Shown one piece after another: positions 39,473-47,808 of a stretch of 64,000 bases of DNA. Made by a program: the position numbers and the translations under genes. Numbering within the stretch: position 1 is the first letter of the stretch; the number at the start of each line of letters is the position of its first letter. The notes below the pieces were generated by a model. That model made no database searches. It was not told the origin of the DNA and saw only the letters and a program-made list of their open reading frames with translations. The stretch is from Thermoproteota archaeon (GTDB lineage Archaea; Thermoproteota; Methanomethylicia; Culexarchaeales; Culexarchaeaceae): NCBI GenBank assembly GCA_020833005.1, contig JAJHRD010000003.1:63567-127566 (forward strand). The letters are read 5' to 3'.

Positions 39473-40114
39473 TTATGCAGGTAGTTTAAGCCACTGGAAC
39501 AGTAGGAAGTTTAGCCTCCCAACGAACAAGTCGATCCTACTGACAACTGTCGTGGCGAAGCTGTAGCCGAAGGCTATCATCATAAACCATCTGCCAATCC
39601 TTGGAATATACTCAAGTTTACCAGCATGTAGTGATGGGAATGTGAATATGAAGTAGTACAATGAGGTTATGAAAGACACCACTAGAATCACGTTTCCAAA
39701 GATTGTAAGTGCATCCCCCTTAGTGAAGAGTATGGATATGGTGCTACGAAGTTGTGTGAGGACATCAGCTTCAATAGACCTTACAAACGCTGCAGTAACG
39801 CTGGTGCCAACAACAATGGCTATTCCATACCTAAATAGCCAATACAATGTGCGATGATACCTAAAGTACATTATAACGCCAATTACCAATGGTATTATGT
39901 ACCATGGATCCTTAACTGTTGGGTATAGGTAGTCAATCCCATAACCTCTAATATTTCCAATGGCAACCGCAAAGCTATAACCGACAGCTGCACCAACATA
40001 TGTATGTTCAGCAAATTTGAATATTGGATTATCTCTATACACAACGCTCACAATGGCTATTGTTAGGAAAGCTGCAATCCAAATTCCAATTTCAGTTATT
40101 ATGTCAGCCATCAC
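39473..40114 (-). CDS. Uncharacterised polytopic membrane protein (about 6 TM); 4th gene of a membrane operon
   Basis: Hydrophobicity only. 4-nt overlap with the upstream gene. Confidence 0.4.
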   Translation of the reverse strand: MMADIITEIGIWIAAFLTIAIVSVVYRDNPIFKFAEHTYVGAAVGYSFAVAIGNIRGYGIDYLYPTVKDPWYIIPLVIGVIMYFRYHRTLYWLFRYGIAIVVGTSVTAAFVRSIEADVLTQLRSTISILFTKGDALTIFGNVILVVSFITSLYYFIFTFPSLHAGKLEYIPRIGRWFMMIAFGYSFATTVVSRIDLFVGRLNFLLFQWLKLPA

Positions 40115-40953
40115 CTAACACCCCCCTTACCCATACGTTTAGCAATAGCTGCAATATTGCCAATAATTATGAAAACCAGCAATATCAGCTGTGCACCTGT
40201 GAAGGCATCAGCCTTCTTAATCCCACTACCAGGCTTACCTATTAGGAATTCATACTCGCCTCCTGCAGCAGAACCCGTTAGGACAGTTACTTGCTTAGCT
40301 TCATAATATGGTCGCATAGTTGGCAACATCATATCAAGAACGCAACACAGATACTTGACTTCAGGCCGCACTACAACCCACTGCCTAACCCAACCAATAG
40401 AAACTTCACCAGCACTCGTAAAGCATATAACCATAGCGAAATCACGTATATTCCGTATATTTGCAGCCATTGGAATTTGGCTTAGGGGGGTACCCTTATA
40501 ATCTGATGGTACTGCAGCCTTGAAATCATCTGCCAAAGCCTTCATGGCAGTTTCACCGCCAGGAATATACCCTATATGGAAGTAATCTACACCATAAACC
40601 TTACCATAACTCTTAGGGTCAACCTTTGAAAGCAACGTATCATAAACCACCAAGCCAGTATTATCAATGGAGAAGAAGACTATCTTCAATGGTCTACTGA
40701 AGAGGTGATGTAATGTAGCTATCTGCATAGACTCGAATGCTGGGTAAGCTCCCAAACTGCTATGTGAAACTAAGACTATGGATCCTGGAGGAAGCGATTC
40801 AATGGCATCATACCAATCCCTGATTGGTTTAGATACCGGTACAGGCAATCCCAGGGGGCGTAGTAGTGGTACAATCATTGCAATTAGAACTATCGTATAT
40901 ATCACTTCTCTAGGTATACTCTCCAACATATCCGCAAATGATTTACCAGCCAT
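40111..40953 (-). CDS. Uncharacterised bitopic membrane protein (N-TM, about 200-aa extracytoplasmic domain, C-TM); paralog of 41648..42508
   Basis: Shared motif FFSIDNTGLVVYDTL versus ICSVGDSTVLGVAAEL in the paralog. TM helix at each end. Confidence 0.4.
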   Translation of the reverse strand: MAGKSFADMLESIPREVIYTIVLIAMIVPLLRPLGLPVPVSKPIRDWYDAIESLPPGSIVLVSHSSLGAYPAFESMQIATLHHLFSRPLKIVFFSIDNTGLVVYDTLLSKVDPKSYGKVYGVDYFHIGYIPGGETAMKALADDFKAAVPSDYKGTPLSQIPMAANIRNIRDFAMVICFTSAGEVSIGWVRQWVVVRPEVKYLCCVLDMMLPTMRPYYEAKQVTVLTGSAAGGEYEFLIGKPGSGIKKADAFTGAQLILLVFIIIGNIAAIAKRMGKGGVR

Positions 40954-40955
40954 GT

Positions 40956-41636
40956 TTAATCCCTCCTACCAAGATATCCAGTTTCAACACCCATCAAAGT
41001 TCTTATTCCAAGAAGTATTGCACCAAGAGCTGCACTCACTTGAATCCCCCTATAAGCACCAACGGCAGGGTAAGCTGCAATCCAATCAACTGTCTGAATA
41101 ACCCATGGAGCATATGCCTGGAAGAGAGGCGTTTTATACATTATTGATAGAAAGCCAACCACAAGTAGAACTGCAGATTCAAGATTTCTAGCTCTAAAGG
41201 CTCTATAGCATCCTGAAGCCATATAGAATACTAGTGAAGCATAGACTGTGGAGTCAAGTGGCGTTAAAACATACAATTGTAGCCAATCCCAATTATTTTT
41301 TAATGGCGTCCACCACATCCTAGTATAACCGAACAATCCCACTACAATGAATACCACCATAACGAAGAGTAACCATGCACTATAAAATTTCTCAGTAGCA
41401 CTCTTCGCCCGCATTATACGTCTAACATGTATTAAGGATACATTGACAACACCAAACCCTATTATGAAGTTTGCAAGTAAATTAGCCCAATTGGTCAATG
41501 TAACTCCGTAATACTGTACTGTGCTTTGCCATGGTTCAGTTATCTTAGTTGGTACAAGGAAGAATTGCAATAATATTATCAGTCCACATATGAACGTTAT
41601 TGCTAGAGGTATATGCCTCCTATAAAGTATGGACAT
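40956..41636 (-). CDS. Uncharacterised polytopic membrane protein (about 6 TM); 2nd gene of a membrane operon
   Basis: Hydrophobicity only. 3-nt gap to the downstream gene. Confidence 0.4.
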   Translation of the reverse strand: MSILYRRHIPLAITFICGLIILLQFFLVPTKITEPWQSTVQYYGVTLTNWANLLANFIIGFGVVNVSLIHVRRIMRAKSATEKFYSAWLLFVMVVFIVVGLFGYTRMWWTPLKNNWDWLQLYVLTPLDSTVYASLVFYMASGCYRAFRARNLESAVLLVVGFLSIMYKTPLFQAYAPWVIQTVDWIAAYPAVGAYRGIQVSAALGAILLGIRTLMGVETGYLGRRD

Positions 41637-41647
41637 CCATCACCACC

Positions 41648-42508
41648 TCACCATTGAAGGAAATCTATAAGCACTTTAGATCCTAAATGTATGGCTATAA
41701 GTCCAACAATCGTTAGAGCTAAGGCAAACACCTTAAATAGGTCTTGCACGAAGATGCTGCTAACACCATAAGGCTCCTTTGTAAGGTAAGCGCCAGTGGC
41801 AAACATCTCATCACCAATAATCACGTAATCGCAGACGATTGCGAAGAATGGAATTTGATAAATTCTTGCTGTACCAGCAACTTGTATTGCGCCAATCCTA
41901 TAGAAGACCTCTGCAAACATCATTGATTCAGCGTAGAATGGCCCAACCATAACGTTTCCAGCAGGCTTCTCCCTCTCAGCAATACCTATAACAGCTGATG
42001 CAAATGCAAACTGGCTTCCGGAAAGATATCTGATGGCTTCTTCAGGTCTAGCGCGATCAAGTTTCCCCTCAGCCATATAAGCCTGCTTATAGAGTTCTGC
42101 AGCCACTCCAAGAACTGTGGAATCGCCCACACTACATATTAGTGGCACATCATACTTTGCACACAGCTTTGCAAGCTCAGCGAAAACAGCTAGCCCAGCA
42201 ACTGTTTGTGGAGAAGTACTGCTTGTAAGGGAATCATAACCGGGAGTAAAGTGCACAGACTTACCCATTTCAGCAGCTCTACCAACAACCTCTTCTAAAG
42301 CCTCTAGACCAGCAATCTTCCTCCATTTAGGCGTCCATCCACGCTTAAGCATCTCAACGCCCAATATCGTTAGAACCCATATGATCACAAGCACAACTAG
42401 ATCTAAGTATCTGCCAGCCACTATTTGTAAAACGTCTAAAGTCAACCCATTAAATGGCATATTTTCAACCTCCAAAATTGGAAAACGAGTCGCTATATGG
42501 CAACTCAT
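41648..42508 (-). CDS. Uncharacterised bitopic membrane protein (N-TM, soluble domain, C-TM); first gene of a membrane operon (start may be internal Met MPFNG...)
   Basis: Paralogous to 40111..40953 (see above). Confidence 0.4.
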   Translation of the reverse strand: MSCHIATRFPILEVENMPFNGLTLDVLQIVAGRYLDLVVLVIIWVLTILGVEMLKRGWTPKWRKIAGLEALEEVVGRAAEMGKSVHFTPGYDSLTSSTSPQTVAGLAVFAELAKLCAKYDVPLICSVGDSTVLGVAAELYKQAYMAEGKLDRARPEEAIRYLSGSQFAFASAVIGIAEREKPAGNVMVGPFYAESMMFAEVFYRIGAIQVAGTARIYQIPFFAIVCDYVIIGDEMFATGAYLTKEPYGVSSIFVQDLFKVFALALTIVGLIAIHLGSKVLIDFLQW

Positions 42509-42730
42509 TTAAATTTAGGTTTTGGAAGGTATATAAACATTTCCACATAAGTTAAGGTATAAGGCACTGAATATGTAAAAATTTAAAATCACTGTACTTC
42601 AAATGATTATTTGGGATGATTGAGCTCGAAAGATATGACCCACTTATTGGGGATGATTAACCCATGCTAAATGACCACAAAAATTATTTAAGCCGTTTAG
42701 CACATTTAGTTTTGTTTAAATACATGGTGA

Positions 42731-42994
42731 TTGCTGATGTCTAAGAAGGCGAAGAAGGCTGTTAAAGCAGAGGTTAAGAAGATAGTTAGAGATTGCATCA
42801 GCGAAGCTGAGTTAATTGAGAAGATTAAGAAGGATTTAAAGAGCTTCCAATACTTAACACCACTAATCGTAACGAACAAGTATAATGTGAGTTTAGGGGT
42901 GTCGAAGCGGATTTTAAGGAAGCTTGCAGAAGCCAATTTAATTAAGCTTGTGGCAAGTAACCCAAGAAGCCCATTATATGTGATTCAAAAATAG
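42731..42994 (+). CDS. rps25e: Ribosomal protein S25e (eS25)
   Basis: Lys-rich N-terminus plus a winged-helix segment LTPLIVTNKYNVSLGVSKRILRKLAEANLIKLV typical of eS25. 87 aa. Confidence 0.6.
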   Translation: MLMSKKAKKAVKAEVKKIVRDCISEAELIEKIKKDLKSFQYLTPLIVTNKYNVSLGVSKRILRKLAEANLIKLVASNPRSPLYVIQK

Positions 42995-43060
42995 AGGGAT
43001 GCGAAAAGGTAATTAGGTGGTTAAATCATTTAGATTTAGGGTTGATGGTGACCTCCAATT

Positions 43061-44479
43061 GTGTTCAAGATATATAACACGTTAACTTCACGTAAGGAGG
43101 TTTTTAAACCACTAAGTAGAAGTCTTGTGAGAATGTATGTGTGTGGACCAACAGTATACGATAAGACACATATAGGACATGCAAAGGCATACGTAGCCTT
43201 CGATGTTTTGAGGAGGTATTTGGAGTTTAAGGGTTACAATGTTCTAGAAGTGGTTAACATAACTGATATCGATGATAAGATAATTAGGAAATCCATTGAA
43301 TTGAAAGTGGATTATAGGGAGATTGCAGACAAATATTATAGGGATTTCATGGAGGCATGTGAAAAACTAAACATAAGGAGAGCACACATATATCCAAAGG
43401 CTACAGAACACATTGAAGACATGATAAATATAATTAAGGAGCTTATTGAGAAGGGGTATGCATATGAAGCTGATGGAAATGTATACTTCGATGTGAAGAA
43501 GTTCAAAGATTATGGTAAATTATCAAAGATAAATTTGGAGCAAGTGAAAACACAAGAGGAGGGTGTTGGTAAGAGGAATCCACAAGACTTCGCATTATGG
43601 AAGAAGGCTAAACCAATGGAGCCATATTGGGATAGCCCATGGGGACCTGGGAGACCTGGATGGCACATAGAATGCTCAGCCATGTCCTCAAAGTACCTTG
43701 GAAAACAATTCGATATACATGGTGGTGGGGAAGATCTAATATTCCCACACCATGAAAATGAGATAGCGCAAAGTGAAGCATGCTTCAATAAGACACCATG
43801 GGTTAAATATTGGGTTCACGTTGGACTTCTAATGATGGGGAAAGATAAAATGTCGAAATCATATGGGAATATAATTACGGTTGAGGAGATAACTGCAAAA
43901 TACTCACCAATGAAGGTTAGATTCTACCTTATTAGTGGGCATTATAGAAGTCAAATGGTGTTTCAAGAAGAGAACCTTGAATCTGTGGGGGCAGCATACG
44001 AGAGAATATTGAATACGATATCAGCATTGAAGAGTATATCATCAGCAATGGACGTGAAGGTTAAGGAGGGCTCATTAAAGAGGGTTATGGATGTAGGTAG
44101 GATTAGGAGGAGATTCTTAGAAGCATTGGATGACGATTTAAATACACCAAAAGCCATAGCAGAAATACATTCACTAACCAACTTTGCCAACGATGAAATA
44201 ATACCGAAAGAGGATAACTTGGCTGCAAGGGTAGCCCTAAAAGTTTATGAGGATGCATATAGAATACTTGGAGTTTTTAGGGAGACATTCGAAGAGGAGA
44301 GGGTAGGGGAGGATAAAAGGTTGTATGAACTAATAAACCTACTAATAACAGTGAGGCAGATACATAGGAGTAGGAAAGATTGGGAAGTAGCGGATCTTAT
44401 AGCAAGGGGATTGAGAAGTCTTGGAATAGAGTTATCGGATCAAAAGGATAAAACCGTATGGTGGTTTAAGAGCACTTAA
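43061..44479 (+). CDS. cysS: Cysteinyl-tRNA synthetase
   Basis: N-terminus MFKIYNTLTSRKEVFKP, HIGH motif (CGPTVYDKTHIGHA), KMSKS motif, and the Zn-binding Cys/His of CysRS. Confidence 0.95.
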   Translation: MFKIYNTLTSRKEVFKPLSRSLVRMYVCGPTVYDKTHIGHAKAYVAFDVLRRYLEFKGYNVLEVVNITDIDDKIIRKSIELKVDYREIADKYYRDFMEACEKLNIRRAHIYPKATEHIEDMINIIKELIEKGYAYEADGNVYFDVKKFKDYGKLSKINLEQVKTQEEGVGKRNPQDFALWKKAKPMEPYWDSPWGPGRPGWHIECSAMSSKYLGKQFDIHGGGEDLIFPHHENEIAQSEACFNKTPWVKYWVHVGLLMMGKDKMSKSYGNIITVEEITAKYSPMKVRFYLISGHYRSQMVFQEENLESVGAAYERILNTISALKSISSAMDVKVKEGSLKRVMDVGRIRRRFLEALDDDLNTPKAIAEIHSLTNFANDEIIPKEDNLAARVALKVYEDAYRILGVFRETFEEERVGEDKRLYELINLLITVRQIHRSRKDWEVADLIARGLRSLGIELSDQKDKTVWWFKST

Positions 44480-45434
44480 CATTGAGAGACTCATACACTG
44501 CAGCTAATAAGATTGGCAGAATTATCGTGGCATCTCCATAAACAGTAACCTTTTTAGCTTCAGGCTTAACTTTACCCCAACTTACAGCCTCCCTAATCTG
44601 TGCACCACTCAAACTACCATCATATTCAAATGCAGTAGTCAAATATACCGCATAATCTAAGCCACCCTTAAATTGATTCCACCATATGGTATGATGTTTC
44701 GATATTCCACCACCAATCATCAATGCCCCAGTAACCTTACTATCAAAAACTATATCCGAAAGCTCCTTCTGATCCTTAAGGACATCAATATTAAACTTGT
44801 GGGATTGGGAATACATTAATAGGCTAGTTCCAAAACATGAATCCACAATTCCAGGAATGTATACTGGAACCCCCCTCAAATACGCCTGTCTAAGGAATGA
44901 ATTATCATCATTCAATCTAGCTCCAACTTCACTCAACAATTCCCTAACACCCCAAACAGACTTAACCTTAGTAAGTTCATCCAATAAATTCCAAGTAAAC
45001 TTCTCAATTATAACACCATAAGAATCCTGTGGGATGAGGATGTTTCCAAGCCTAAATATGCCATGCTCCTTTAGGAATGCATCATCATAACTGAAATCAC
45101 CATGATAATAACTACCACCAAGCGCTCTAGCCACATCATGATCAACAGAACCCCCAGTGGTTATAATTACATCAATAAACCCCTTCTCTATCAATTCAGA
45201 TATAACCCCCCTAAGACCTGTAGCCAATAGATTAGCTGTAAAGGAGAGGAAGACTTTACAATCTTTATCACTAAACATTTCCACTAATATCTTATATGCA
45301 TCATAAACAAATTTAGATGAGAATCCACCCATTAAACCATACATTTCAACAATATCCCTAGCACTCTTAGTCTTACAAACTCTAATATCCACAACTTTAT
45401 CCCGCAATATATCCGACAATACTGAACCCCTCAA
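44466..45434 (-). CDS. dys: Deoxyhypusine synthase
   Basis: Archaeal DHS length (322 aa) and conserved regions (…TTGGSVDHD…, NAD-binding Gly-rich segments). Confidence 0.85.
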   Translation of the reverse strand: MRGSVLSDILRDKVVDIRVCKTKSARDIVEMYGLMGGFSSKFVYDAYKILVEMFSDKDCKVFLSFTANLLATGLRGVISELIEKGFIDVIITTGGSVDHDVARALGGSYYHGDFSYDDAFLKEHGIFRLGNILIPQDSYGVIIEKFTWNLLDELTKVKSVWGVRELLSEVGARLNDDNSFLRQAYLRGVPVYIPGIVDSCFGTSLLMYSQSHKFNIDVLKDQKELSDIVFDSKVTGALMIGGGISKHHTIWWNQFKGGLDYAVYLTTAFEYDGSLSGAQIREAVSWGKVKPEAKKVTVYGDATIILPILLAAVYESLNVKCS

Positions 45435-45673
45435 CTTAGAGGAAGCCCTCTACAGTAAACTTTGCCCGAAACCCTCCTAATAAAATTGCTACATGAAAAG
45501 CATACTAGGAATGGTGTGTCTTCACTGCGAATTGGGCATGACACAACCTCCCTACGCATACTTGAAATCATCTTAGAACCAACTGCACCCTTAATTTCAT
45601 CTAAAACCTCTTGGGGGATCTTTAAAGCCTTCTCCACACGCTTAACATCAACAACATACCTAGCTTCACTCAA
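45431..45673 (-). CDS. Hypothetical small Cys-containing (possible Zn-binding) protein translationally coupled (4-nt overlap) to deoxyhypusine synthase
   Basis: Cys cluster VSCPI...CFSC...C. Overlaps the dys start. Confidence 0.3.
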   Translation of the reverse strand: MSEARYVVDVKRVEKALKIPQEVLDEIKGAVGSKMISSMRREVVSCPIRSEDTPFLVCFSCSNFIRRVSGKVYCRGLPLS

Positions 45674-45784
45674 TATTACAACACCAAAACATAATCTTCA
45701 AACAATGAGTAAATTAAGTTTGCTATACAAAAAGCTAATTTAACATTTAAATATGAAGTTGAGTTATAGTATGGTGGATTAAAT

Positions 45785-46144
45785 GTGAGTGGGAAAACTT
45801 TACCAATAGACCTAGCATCAAAAGATTATCAAGCGGCAAAAAGATATGCAATACAAATGTACATGGAGGGAGTGGATATAGCATACAAAGTTGCACAGCA
45901 ATCAAAGGAGAAGTATGGCCTCAGCGAAATGGAATATATGGCAGTATTTGAGAAGTTATTAGATAAAGCATTCAGCCCACTAAAATACCTACTACAAGAG
46001 TACGAGCATTTACCAGAAGACATAAAAGCAATATTCAAAACAGAGGAGGAGAAGGAGATTGATAAGAGAATTACAGAACTTGTGTCAAAAAGACTTTCAA
46101 AAATAATTGAAGAAGCAGAGAAGTTTGGTAAATCAAAGGGTTAA
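45785..46144 (+). CDS. Hypothetical helical protein
   Basis: Coding-like composition; no recognisable motif. Confidence 0.3.
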   Translation: MSGKTLPIDLASKDYQAAKRYAIQMYMEGVDIAYKVAQQSKEKYGLSEMEYMAVFEKLLDKAFSPLKYLLQEYEHLPEDIKAIFKTEEEKEIDKRITELVSKRLSKIIEEAEKFGKSKG

Positions 46145-46290
46145 TTCATCACAGTATTTAAATGTAAATTAATAACTCGGGTGAAAGAGGATATTAATAA
46201 TTTGTCCTAAACTTAAAATTTGGGGGTAAAATAAAGCATCAAAACTTAATTGACATACTCACACCAGCACTAGCTATAATAATACTGGTA

Positions 46291-47808
46291 ATGTTAAGGA
46301 GAGAATACATTTTAAACACCATATCAAGATATCCAATTGACAAGATAATTGGTATCAATTCTACTACGATAATTTCCATCATAACAATATCGGCATTAAC
46401 GTTGACCATTGGAATAATTATTTGGGTTAAGAGTGGCGAGAAAATATTCATAGGCTTTGATGGTATAAAGCCAGTTTACATAGACATTTCAGGGAATAAG
46501 CACATAGTCATATTCGGAATGACTGGAAGTGGAAAAACTGAAACTGCAAAAAGGATTTTAAAGGGGAGTAAGAAGGGGAAGCTTATAATAGATTGGTCAG
46601 GAGAATATTTAGATTACAAATCTGTAGAGCCATCGGAATTGAAAATAAATTTGAAGCAAGAAGATGTCATAGATGCCATTATAAGCACATTCCAATTAAC
46701 CATACCCCAACAAACCCTACTAATAGAGGCTGTAAAGAATGGTGGGGGAAGCTTAAGAGACGTCATAAACGATGTGAAGGAAATCGAATGCGAAAGTGAT
46801 TCTGGAAGGGAAGTTAGAGACGCATTACTGAGAAGACTATCAATACTGGAAAAGTTAAACTTATTCAATGGATCTAGAAATTTAATGGAAATTGAAGCTA
46901 TAGACCTATCCAAAATGGCTTTTGAAGCAAAGAAACTTGCCTCAAACATAATACTAAAATCATTCTACAACAACCCAAAACCAAGAATACTAGTGATAGA
47001 AGAAGCTCAAAACATCATGCCCAGAAACCAAAATCCAGATAGCATAAACACATTGGAATTAATAATAAATGAACTTAGAAAGCATGGTGTAAATGTTATA
47101 TTAATAGCTCAAACACCAAGCCAAATATCCACAGTATACAGAAACGCAGAATACATAATTCTACACAAAATGAGACTAACACATTACGAGATACAAGAAC
47201 TTGGATTAAAACCGGAAGATGCTGAAGCCATATCAAAACTGGATGTGGGGGAATGTATAATTTTAAGTGGAGGAAGTAAGAGGAAGGTTAAAGTGAAGAC
47301 TGTTAAGAGGGATATTGAAAAAGTAGTTAAAGTGATGGAAACAACCAATTGCAAAGAAGACATTAAGGTAGAGGAATCTGGAAATGAAAATAATAGTTCG
47401 AGTGGGAAGAAATGGGACTACGATGATATCATGATTAAGTTAATGGAAATCGAGGGGAATTACAAGAAGTTAATGGATAGGATAAGGGGGATTGAAAGTG
47501 TTAAAATAGCGGAGAATCCTATAAAACTGGGGGAATTCATAGATAGAACGGAAGATAATATTAGGAAAACAAACCTTGCAGTAAACATACTAAAAGACAA
47601 ATTGACATTAATGGAGGAAGAATTGGAAAAGAAGATTATTGAAGCAAAGCAAATTAATGGGAAAATTGAAAAACTGGAAAAACAAACAGCCATGAATACC
47701 AACAAAACCATCGAACTGGAAAAGAGGATAACGGATATTATAATGAAGATGAGAGATTTTGAAGAATGGGTTAAGGAGGCACTATCAAAAATTGAGTACA
47801 AACAATGA
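46291..47808 (+). CDS. Membrane-anchored HerA/FtsK/VirB4-superfamily (DUF87-like) P-loop ATPase with C-terminal coiled-coil region
   Basis: N-terminal TM helix. Walker A HIVIFGMTGSGKTE. Walker B-like ILVIEEAQNIMP (the hhhDEAH/EEAQ type of HerA/DUF87). C-terminal 150 aa strongly heptad/coiled-coil. Confidence 0.5.
   Translation: MLRREYILNTISRYPIDKIIGINSTTIISIITISALTLTIGIIIWVKSGEKIFIGFDGIKPVYIDISGNKHIVIFGMTGSGKTETAKRILKGSKKGKLIIDWSGEYLDYKSVEPSELKINLKQEDVIDAIISTFQLTIPQQTLLIEAVKNGGGSLRDVINDVKEIECESDSGREVRDALLRRLSILEKLNLFNGSRNLMEIEAIDLSKMAFEAKKLASNIILKSFYNNPKPRILVIEEAQNIMPRNQNPDSINTLELIINELRKHGVNVILIAQTPSQISTVYRNAEYIILHKMRLTHYEIQELGLKPEDAEAISKLDVGECIILSGGSKRKVKVKTVKRDIEKVVKVMETTNCKEDIKVEESGNENNSSSGKKWDYDDIMIKLMEIEGNYKKLMDRIRGIESVKIAENPIKLGEFIDRTEDNIRKTNLAVNILKDKLTLMEEELEKKIIEAKQINGKIEKLEKQTAMNTNKTIELEKRITDIIMKMRDFEEWVKEALSKIEYKQ

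Noticed and set aside
42609-42665. Possible C/D box sRNA (GATGATTGA … TGAC)
   Set aside because: The C box has an inserted U (UGAUUGA, not RUGAUGA), and no proper CUGA D box sits at the right spacing.
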